A stretch of 24,921 nucleotides of DNA from positions 1-24,921 of IMG/VR virus record IMGVR_UViG_3300025277_000146; one strand, given 5' to 3'. The notes beneath the pieces are model-generated. The model worked only from the letters and a program-made list of their open reading frames with translations, ran no database searches and had not been told where the DNA came from. Source of the DNA: a virus. Lineage: Duplodnaviria > Caudoviricetes. The position numbers and the translations under genes are program-made. How positions within the stretch are numbered: the first letter of the stretch is position 1; each line of letters starts with the position of its first letter. Shown one piece after another: positions 16,383-23,049 of the stretch.

Positions 16383-17087
16383 TTAGTCTGCGACTATGGT
16401 TGGAGTTGTCGCCTCGGTAGCCTCGGTAGACTCCGGTGTAGTTACGTCTGCAGATGTTTCTTCCGTAGAAACTATCTCTTTCCGTTTCTGCACAAGCTCA
16501 AAAGAGTAGAGGTAGTTTTTAGTACCTTCGGTTCTCTTGAGCGTGCCGAGTTGCTTGGTTCCGGTATCGGCAAAGTCTTCTGCAAGCTTAAAGTCCGAAG
16601 ACTTTGTTTTCATTGCCGTCCGAAGAATTGGTACGATACCTTCAAGGCCGTCTGCAAGCTCAATCTGCACTCCGCCCAATCTCTTATTGAAACGGTGATT
16701 CCCCTTGACTGCGTCAATTGCAACCATAAGTAACTGCGCATTAGTCGGAGTTTCTACGTCCGGCAGGTAATCGCAGACAGAACTCATGGGCTCGTAAACA
16801 TTAAAGACTGCTTCCGAGACTTGTTCCGTTGTGCCATTACTGCGTGACGTTGGGCCAGAGGTTTTCTCGCCGGTTTTAAGCTCGAGCGGAGCGCGGAACC
16901 AATCTACGACTTCGGTTGCGTAGTCTGTCGTTTCGAAAAGTTCCTCAATCTCCACCGCAGAGGTAAATCGGGGCAAGTCCTCAAGATGAGGAAGCAAAAG
17001 CTCCGGTATTGCTCTGCAGGAACTTAGGAGAGACTTTTTTCCGGTGTTCTCTGCTTTTCGAGAGTGTGAGTTAGTAGGTTGTGCCAT
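16383..17087 (-). CDS. Hypothetical protein, first gene of the leftward region (234 aa, T/E-rich tail)
   Basis: TAAGGAG SD; has its own promoter and terminator. Confidence 0.75.
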   Translation of the reverse strand: MAQPTNSHSRKAENTGKKSLLSSCRAIPELLLPHLEDLPRFTSAVEIEELFETTDYATEVVDWFRAPLELKTGEKTSGPTSRSNGTTEQVSEAVFNVYEPMSSVCDYLPDVETPTNAQLLMVAIDAVKGNHRFNKRLGGVQIELADGLEGIVPILRTAMKTKSSDFKLAEDFADTGTKQLGTLKRTEGTKNYLYSFELVQKRKEIVSTEETSADVTTPESTEATEATTPTIVAD

Positions 17088-17264
17088 TGTTAGAGGCTCC
17101 TTATGTTAATGAGCAGTCATGACGACTGCCTTGCCGAAAGAGGCAAGTCTGCAACTCACACAAAGAAAAGTTTTGTTGGTTAGTGGTGTTCGGTTAGACT
17201 CATCGGGAGTTAAATATCTGTGTTGATTCTGCGTCTATAGGCGTGGGCGGTTGTTCAAGGTGGC

Positions 17265-17293
17265 ATTTTACGACAATTATCCCAACTATCCAA
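17265..17293 (-). promoter_or_regulatory. Sigma70-type leftward promoter
   Basis: TTGGAT-17 nt-TAAAAT on minus, with an upstream A-tract. Confidence 0.5.
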
Positions 17294-17580
17294 ATGATTT
17301 TTTTCCGGCAAAATGGCAAATCTTAGAACTTACGAATGAATAGGTATACAAAGCAAGAGAAATTTTCGAGAGTGTGCAGAGTAGAGAAAATCTTTTAATT
17401 TACGGATGTTTCCGCAGAAAAACAAGCATAATGTTTCCCAACGTGATTTTGGCGAAATCGGAAAACCGGACGGGGGTCCCCGTTGCCGAAAGAGACAGAC
17501 ACACATTGTAAGCATATTTTTTTGAAAAACCACTTATTTTCGCCTCAGAAATTACATCAAAAACCAGTAAACCGCAAGCT

Positions 17581-17656
17581 GTATATATGTATGTAGTATG
17601 TCTTTCTATGTAGTATGTATTATGTATATGTATATATGTATATATATATATATATA
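17581..17656. repeat. Alternating purine-pyrimidine (TA/TG) tract with two TATGTAGTATGT copies
   Basis: Copies at 17590-17601 and 17607-17618, followed by a (TA)n run. Confidence 0.85.
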
Positions 17657-17695
17657 CGCATGGAGGTTTTTTGCCTTGATTGGCTCTTTTTTTGC

Positions 17696-17724
17696 TTGAC
17701 ATTGCCCCCTTTTTGGCGTATATT
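17696..17724 (+). promoter_or_regulatory. Sigma70 promoter, probably leaderless, for the methyltransferase
   Basis: TTGACA-17 nt-TATATT; ATG follows after 6 nt; no SD. Confidence 0.75.
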
Positions 17725-17730
17725 TGCCAT

Positions 17731-18396
17731 ATGATAGTACAAGGCGATTGTTTAGATGTAATGAAGACCATGGATGACGAATCCGTGGATTGTGTAGTAA
17801 CCGACCCTCCCTACAATATCGGGAAAAACTACGGAAATGACTCCGATTTGCAGAATGCGTCGGATTATGAGGAATGGCTCTCTCAAGTGGGGTCGGAAAT
17901 CATGCGTTTGGCCACTCCGGAAGCATGGATAGCCGTTTTTAACGGTGCAGACCGCATAAAGACCACTATTGACGCATTCGGAGCCGAAAACCACGTTTGG
18001 ACGGCTTGCTGGTATGCCCCGAATAAGCGTCATAGAAGCGTTTATGGGTTCAGTCTGTGGCAACCTATCGTACTGTTCCGTAAAAGTGGCAGAGAATGGC
18101 TAAAACTGCGGGATTTTTACTCATATACGACAGGGTCAGAGCACTATGACCACCCCACACCCAAGCCTTATGGTCTTATTAGGCATTTAGTGTCTGATTT
18201 CTCTCATGAGGGAGACCTAGTATTGGACCCTTTTCTCGGTTCTGGCACTACAGCGGTCGCCGCATCGGAGCTTGACCGCCGTTTCGTCGGTATTGAGCTT
18301 AATGCTGACTATGTAGCGGTCGCAGAGAAGCGAATGTCAGAGGAGACTAATCAGATACGATTGTTCCGAAAAGACAGAAATCAAGTTTTAACTTGA
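17731..18396 (+). CDS. Beta-class N6-adenine/N4-cytosine DNA methyltransferase
   Basis: GDCLDVM, VTDPPYN, HPTPKP, VLDPFLGSGTT, GIEL; start moved to ATG 17731. Confidence 0.92.
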   Translation: MIVQGDCLDVMKTMDDESVDCVVTDPPYNIGKNYGNDSDLQNASDYEEWLSQVGSEIMRLATPEAWIAVFNGADRIKTTIDAFGAENHVWTACWYAPNKRHRSVYGFSLWQPIVLFRKSGREWLKLRDFYSYTTGSEHYDHPTPKPYGLIRHLVSDFSHEGDLVLDPFLGSGTTAVAASELDRRFVGIELNADYVAVAEKRMSEETNQIRLFRKDRNQVLT

Positions 18397-18421
18397 CTTT
18401 TTGGGAAAAAGGTTGTATATT
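18393..18421 (+). promoter_or_regulatory. Sigma70 promoter, probably leaderless
   Basis: TTGACT-17 nt-TATATT; ATG 18427 follows after 5 nt. Confidence 0.7.
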
Positions 18422-18426
18422 AGGGC

Positions 18427-18636
18427 ATGGCGAGCAATAGCATTAAGAATAAAGCCAAAAAATATTGTGCAAACTATGGAAAAGGCACAACCTCAGGAAT
18501 CTGCTCTGGTATTATGATACACAGGAGTGGTAGAATGTGGCTACATGAGGATTATGTGGGGAAACAGTGCTTTGCTGATAAAGAATGCAATTATTTCAAT
18601 AATATAGTTATTCCGGGAATACCTTCAAATGCATAA
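18427..18636 (+). CDS. Cysteine-rich VLP-like small protein
   Basis: CANY..CSG..C..CNYF..VIP pattern. Confidence 0.6.
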   Translation: MASNSIKNKAKKYCANYGKGTTSGICSGIMIHRSGRMWLHEDYVGKQCFADKECNYFNNIVIPGIPSNA

Positions 18637-18811
18637 CAAGAAGAAAAGATACATCAAAATTAAGGGCCAATGGTACACTGTAGGTGAATTTGCCCGTCTT
18701 GAGCGTAAGGCTATAGACATTGCTAAGGAATTTAGAAAATACATAGATGGGTCATCTACAGGGAGTAGGGGTCGTTCCGTTCGTCCTCTGGGTGATGGAT
18801 ATTTACCGTGA
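18629..18811 (+). CDS. Hypothetical protein
   Basis: Overlaps both neighbours in operon fashion. Confidence 0.55.
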   Translation: MHNKKKRYIKIKGQWYTVGEFARLERKAIDIAKEFRKYIDGSSTGSRGRSVRPLGDGYLP

Positions 18812-19137
18812 GGTTTGAATTTATGGATGAGAGAAATACTGGCAATAATAAGGTCGTATTGGACCTTATTGACCATAGACTGCAGCAAGGCAATGAGAAG
18901 TTTGGACGAGAGATACCTATAGATGGTACTTATGACCTAGTAGAGGCTCTAGAGGAAGCTTTAGATTTGGCTATATATCTCTCTTCTAAGATAGTTGAGC
19001 TGAGAAACAAGAGATGGGGCGTTAAAAGAGAGCGTTCTACTATCAATCACAGGCCCAAGGTGATGGTGGAAGCCATAGAGAAAGAGACGATGTCTCGTAT
19101 GGGTCAGGCTGGATGTAGAGGAGGGGATTGTGACTGA
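18808..19137 (+). CDS. All-alpha NTP pyrophosphohydrolase (MazG-like) protein
   Basis: RLQQGNEKFG..EALEEALDLAIYL (ExxEExxD). Confidence 0.5.
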   Translation: MRFEFMDERNTGNNKVVLDLIDHRLQQGNEKFGREIPIDGTYDLVEALEEALDLAIYLSSKIVELRNKRWGVKRERSTINHRPKVMVEAIEKETMSRMGQAGCRGGDCD

Positions 19138-19384
19138 TACAGTGCATACGACATTTAGTCTTCATGACGAGGATGTAGAACCGCTTATAGTAAATCCCGG
19201 CTCTTTTTTCTATCTTTGGTGTTGTGATTGCCGCTTAAGGCATATTGTATTCGTAGATACAGAGAAGAGTGGTGCGATAAAGCTTGGTTTGTCTCGTGAC
19301 CATGTGGCTACTAAGAATGCAAGAAAGCTTGAAAACATAGTTGTCTACCAGAGGAATGCCAAAAAAGACAAAAAAGCCACGTAG
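19130..19384 (+). CDS. Small protein with CCDCxLxH metal-binding motif
   Basis: GAGGAGG SD before GTG; WCCDCRLRH. Confidence 0.6.
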   Translation: MTDTVHTTFSLHDEDVEPLIVNPGSFFYLWCCDCRLRHIVFVDTEKSGAIKLGLSRDHVATKNARKLENIVVYQRNAKKDKKAT

Positions 19385-20141
19385 ACGAGCGATAATCGTT
19401 CCAGATATTCACTTTCCAGAGCATGACCAAGCTGCGGTCAATTGTGCTATAAAGGCCATCAGAATGGTCAAGCCGAATATTTTTGTATGTTTGGGGGATA
19501 TAGGGGAGTTTCACAGTGCCAGTGGATGGAGATACAAGCGGCAGAAGCGTCCACCTCTGGAATTCATACTTCCGGAGATAGATGAGGACATTCGTGCTGC
19601 CAATGATGGCTTGGACCAGTTTGATAAAGTTTTAGATGCGATTAAGTGCCAAGAGCGATATATGCTCGAAGGCAACCATGATGCTTGGTTAAACTCTTTT
19701 GTAGAGGAGCATCCGTACTTAAAAGAGTATAAGTTTGCCAATGCTATGCGACTGAACGATAGGGGGTATAAATATTACCCTTATGGTAAGCATTTGAGGA
19801 TAGGGAAGCTATATATGTATCATGGTGGTCATTTTAGTTCCGTATACCATACGAGGGCACATGCTCTTAATCTCGGAAAATCAGTCGTATATGGACATTT
19901 GCATGATATTCAACGTCATAGCGTGACGCATGTTGATGGAGCACATGCAGGTTTTAGCTTAGGATGTTTAAAGGATATGTCAGATGAAGCAAACTCGTGG
20001 CTTAAAAACAGAAAAACGAATTGGGGACATGCTTTCGGCATTGTGGATTGGTTTAGCAATGGCGATTTTAGACTTGATGTTGTGGATATTACAAAAGGTA
20101 AGACATTTCTTTGGGGAGAGATGATTGATGGAAATACTTAA
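19356..20141 (+). CDS. Calcineurin-like metallophosphoesterase
   Basis: PDIH, LGD, EGNHD, YHG, GHLH in canonical order; ATG 19356 preferred to TTG 19341. Confidence 0.88.
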   Translation: MPKKTKKPRRRAIIVPDIHFPEHDQAAVNCAIKAIRMVKPNIFVCLGDIGEFHSASGWRYKRQKRPPLEFILPEIDEDIRAANDGLDQFDKVLDAIKCQERYMLEGNHDAWLNSFVEEHPYLKEYKFANAMRLNDRGYKYYPYGKHLRIGKLYMYHGGHFSSVYHTRAHALNLGKSVVYGHLHDIQRHSVTHVDGAHAGFSLGCLKDMSDEANSWLKNRKTNWGHAFGIVDWFSNGDFRLDVVDITKGKTFLWGEMIDGNT

Positions 20142-20304
20142 TCTGGGAAGTACGATAGCCCAAATGAAGGTTTATAGGTGGCAATATAATGACACCGATG
20201 ACGAAACCGTGAAAGAAGAGTTAATGGAGAAGATTCTGGACCTTATTGAAGAGATAGAGGTCCCCCAACTGATAAGTAGTTTAGAAGGGGGAGTTTCACT
20301 CTGA
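20128..20304 (+). CDS. 58-aa acidic protein MEILNLGSTIAQMK...
   Basis: GGGGAG SD; overlaps the upstream stop; not in the ORF track. Confidence 0.55.
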   Translation: MEILNLGSTIAQMKVYRWQYNDTDDETVKEELMEKILDLIEEIEVPQLISSLEGGVSL

Positions 20305-20305
20305 G

Positions 20306-20379
20306 AGCGTATTGCTTCACAGGTAGGGATGTGGTTAGTGGTATATAAATAACTCGGTAGGGAAGTGAAGCGATACGTT
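20306..20379 (+). promoter_or_regulatory. Hairpin sequestering the terS translation start
   Basis: AGCGUAUUGCUUCAC/GUGAAGCGAUACGUU 15-bp stem (2 G-U); right arm includes the first 2 nt of the TTG start. Confidence 0.55.
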
Positions 20380-21139
20380 GAGGTTCAGAAGCATAAAAGA
20401 TAAAAAGCATGTTATATACGATGATGAAGAAGAATTTAAAGCATGTCAAGACAGTCAGAAGACTCCGAAGCACTGGAGAGAGGCACAAGAGGGGGATTGG
20501 TGTCTTTCAGACGATGGTCAGGTATTACAGATACTTAAGAAGAGTAAGTTTGTTACCGCCCATGGAAAGGATACTCAGTACGTTAGAACTCTTCTTGGGA
20601 CATATTCGTTACTCTCTAAGAAAGAAATGGAGGGCGACATACCAAAAAACCTCTATTCCTTCTCTCGCAACAAAGACCATAGACAGGTTCGTGCTACCAA
20701 CAGACGCGCCAACTCTAATGAGATATTGTTTGCAGAGTACGTTGTGCAGGGCATTGACCCGTCAGAAGCCTATCTTAAGGCATATCCAACAAAGAATCGA
20801 GCTTATGCACGTCAGGAAGCAAGGCTCCTACTCAGGCAAGAGCGGGTAATCAAGTTGATTAGAAAAGAAGTAAAGGATGCGCTTGCAAAGGTTGGAATCA
20901 CTCAGGAGGACATATTAAGAGAACTATGGGATATTATATCGGAGGGTGATAATAATTCCAGTTCAAGAGTACGCTCCTTGGAGCTTTTAGCTAAGATATC
21001 AGATATGATGCCAAACACAGAAAAGAAATCAGAAACATTAACAGTGTTCCAAGGTTTTACTCCGGAACAACTTTCATCAATTAAAGGGGGCGAAACTAAG
21101 GTTTTGGCTGAATCTAATGCAGAAATCAATGAGGACTGA
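20378..21139 (+). CDS. terS: Terminase small subunit-like protein with an N-terminal extension
   Basis: FAEYVVQG..AYLKAY..ARLLL..EDILRELWDI..RVRSLELLAK pattern; upstream of terL. Confidence 0.65.
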   Translation: MRFRSIKDKKHVIYDDEEEFKACQDSQKTPKHWREAQEGDWCLSDDGQVLQILKKSKFVTAHGKDTQYVRTLLGTYSLLSKKEMEGDIPKNLYSFSRNKDHRQVRATNRRANSNEILFAEYVVQGIDPSEAYLKAYPTKNRAYARQEARLLLRQERVIKLIRKEVKDALAKVGITQEDILRELWDIISEGDNNSSSRVRSLELLAKISDMMPNTEKKSETLTVFQGFTPEQLSSIKGGETKVLAESNAEINED

Positions 21140-21338
21140 ATCAGCACTGTTATTTGGGGATGTTCATATTGATTGTCCGTCCTGTAGGAATGAAGTGCAT
21201 TTAAATATGGATACCGCTATCTTTGATGAGGATAGTAGATTTAATGGGTGGCAGTGTCCATTTTGTGAGAGCTTGTTTAATAAGCATGATGAAATTATAT
21301 ATCTGGGCAATCCCAATGAGGAAATAGGATACGCATAG
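21129..21338 (+). CDS. Zn-ribbon protein (CPSC...CPFC)
   Basis: Two CxxC pairs, between terS and terL. Confidence 0.6.
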   Translation: MRTESALLFGDVHIDCPSCRNEVHLNMDTAIFDEDSRFNGWQCPFCESLFNKHDEIIYLGNPNEEIGYA

Positions 21339-21345
21339 GTGCCCC

Positions 21346-22974
21346 ATGGCAGGCCAAGCAAAGTCAAAACCAAAAGAACAGGACTTACGAGATATATCGA
21401 ATGCTAGTATTGATGCTAAGGAAGCACTGTTAAAGCAGGCTAGTTCTGACCTTATATTTTTTGGTAGAGCATTTCTTCCTAGGGACTTTTTACATAAGAG
21501 TGAATCTCCTGCATTCCATTATGAGATAGGTAAGAAGCTTATTTCGACAAAGCCCGGAGGAAGGATATGTAATATTGTTCCTAGGGGATTTGGTAAGTCT
21601 GTTCTTGCAAAGGCTGCTATTTTACATAAGATATGTTTTGGTACTAAGGGAGACCCTCAATTCATCGCATGGGTGGCTGAGGAGCAGGGTCAGGCTATTG
21701 ACCATTTGAAATATATTAAATCTCACTTGGAGACCAATAAATATTTAAAATATTACTTTGGGGACCTTGCGGGAGATTTAGTAGGAAATCGATGGACGGA
21801 GAAAGATATTGTTACTGCTAAGGGAGACCGTATTATTGCCAAGGGTACTACTCAACGCCTGCGTGGTCGTGCCGAGATTGACAGGCGGTATACCGGTATT
21901 GTTCTTGATGACTTTGAATCTGAATTAAATACTAAGACACCAGACAGACGGGCGGAAATTAAGAAGTGGATTGTTTCTACTGTATTTCCTTCTTTGGAAG
22001 AGACTCCGGGTAATGAAGGATGGATTTGGTTGCTTGGTACTATTGTACATTACGATTCATTCTTACAAATGGTTTATGATGGATACTCTTCAGCTCAAAA
22101 AGAGAATCGCTCATATCCATGGGATGTCATGTTCCATCAGGCCATTGAAGGAGGAAGGTCTATTTGGACACAGCAATTCTCCCGACAAAAGCTTGAGTCC
22201 AAGAAAAAAGAGTTTTCAGAAGCTGGCCTTATTAACAAGTTTGCTCAGGAGTACATGAATGATGCTCGTGATACATCTAATGCGGCATTTAAAATTGATA
22301 GAGTACAGTATTACTCTGGTCATTTTCAATCAAAAAATAATTTTGCGTATTTAATTACTAATGATACTGCCATACCAATATATACTTATATGGGAGTTGA
22401 TGTAGCACACACAGCTACTTCAACGTCTGACTATCAGGTTATTCTCGTGCTTGGTATTGATTCCAATAAGAACAGATATATACTTGAGTATTTTCGTGAG
22501 CGCATACCGACATTTGATATGCCAGCGAAAATTATAGAGATGGCAAAGAAGTATCAACCACTAAGGCGTGTTACGATTGAGACGGTGGCTGCTCAGGAGA
22601 TGGTTAGAGATATGACAGATAGGCTATCCGTCAAAGAAAGAAGATTGACTCCGGGATTGTTTAAGGGTGCTAAACCACCTAAAGGCATTAAAAAAGAGGA
22701 TAGACTGGAAACATCACTGGGTCCGATTATTAACAGTCGCAAGCTTTACATTAAGAGAGAAATGTCAGAGATACTGGATGAAATGTTTGAACATCCCAAA
22801 GCTAAGAATGATGATTTATTGGATGCACTATACTATGCAAACTACTATGCTTGGCAGAAACCACCTGTCAGTGATGCTGTGAGTATAGATTCATTTCATA
22901 AGATTGGTAGGCTCGCTGGCAGAAAAAAGCTAAAAATGGGGTATAATTGGATTACTGGGGCCAGAAATATATGA
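21346..22974 (+). CDS. terL: Terminase large subunit (542 aa)
   Basis: Walker A VPRGFGKS, Walker B IVLDDFE, nuclease motifs MGVDVA, SDY, NDDLLDAL; followed by portal. Confidence 0.93.
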   Translation: MAGQAKSKPKEQDLRDISNASIDAKEALLKQASSDLIFFGRAFLPRDFLHKSESPAFHYEIGKKLISTKPGGRICNIVPRGFGKSVLAKAAILHKICFGTKGDPQFIAWVAEEQGQAIDHLKYIKSHLETNKYLKYYFGDLAGDLVGNRWTEKDIVTAKGDRIIAKGTTQRLRGRAEIDRRYTGIVLDDFESELNTKTPDRRAEIKKWIVSTVFPSLEETPGNEGWIWLLGTIVHYDSFLQMVYDGYSSAQKENRSYPWDVMFHQAIEGGRSIWTQQFSRQKLESKKKEFSEAGLINKFAQEYMNDARDTSNAAFKIDRVQYYSGHFQSKNNFAYLITNDTAIPIYTYMGVDVAHTATSTSDYQVILVLGIDSNKNRYILEYFRERIPTFDMPAKIIEMAKKYQPLRRVTIETVAAQEMVRDMTDRLSVKERRLTPGLFKGAKPPKGIKKEDRLETSLGPIINSRKLYIKREMSEILDEMFEHPKAKNDDLLDALYYANYYAWQKPPVSDAVSIDSFHKIGRLAGRKKLKMGYNWITGARNI

Positions 22975-22991
22975 TTTTCTGAAAAAAAGAC

Positions 22992-23020
22992 TTGACTTTT
23001 ACAGTTTTTTTTATTATATT
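22992..23020 (+). promoter_or_regulatory. Sigma70 promoter for the portal/structural operon
   Basis: TTGACT-17 nt-TATATT with an upstream A-tract. Confidence 0.7.
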
Positions 23021-23049
23021 ATGTGCTGTAAACTTTTTTACAGTACTAA

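Noticed and set aside
17680-17730. N-terminal extension of the methyltransferase from TTG 17680
   Set aside because: Spans the promoter itself; the family motif begins right after ATG 17731
17330-17771. Minus-strand ORFs 17330-17533 and 17400-17771
   Set aside because: Lie in the divergent control region and partly translate the (TA)n tract into YIYIY runs; no SD; likely spurious
17731-18396. Complete restriction-modification system
   Set aside because: No adjacent endonuclease; the methyltransferase appears to be an orphan
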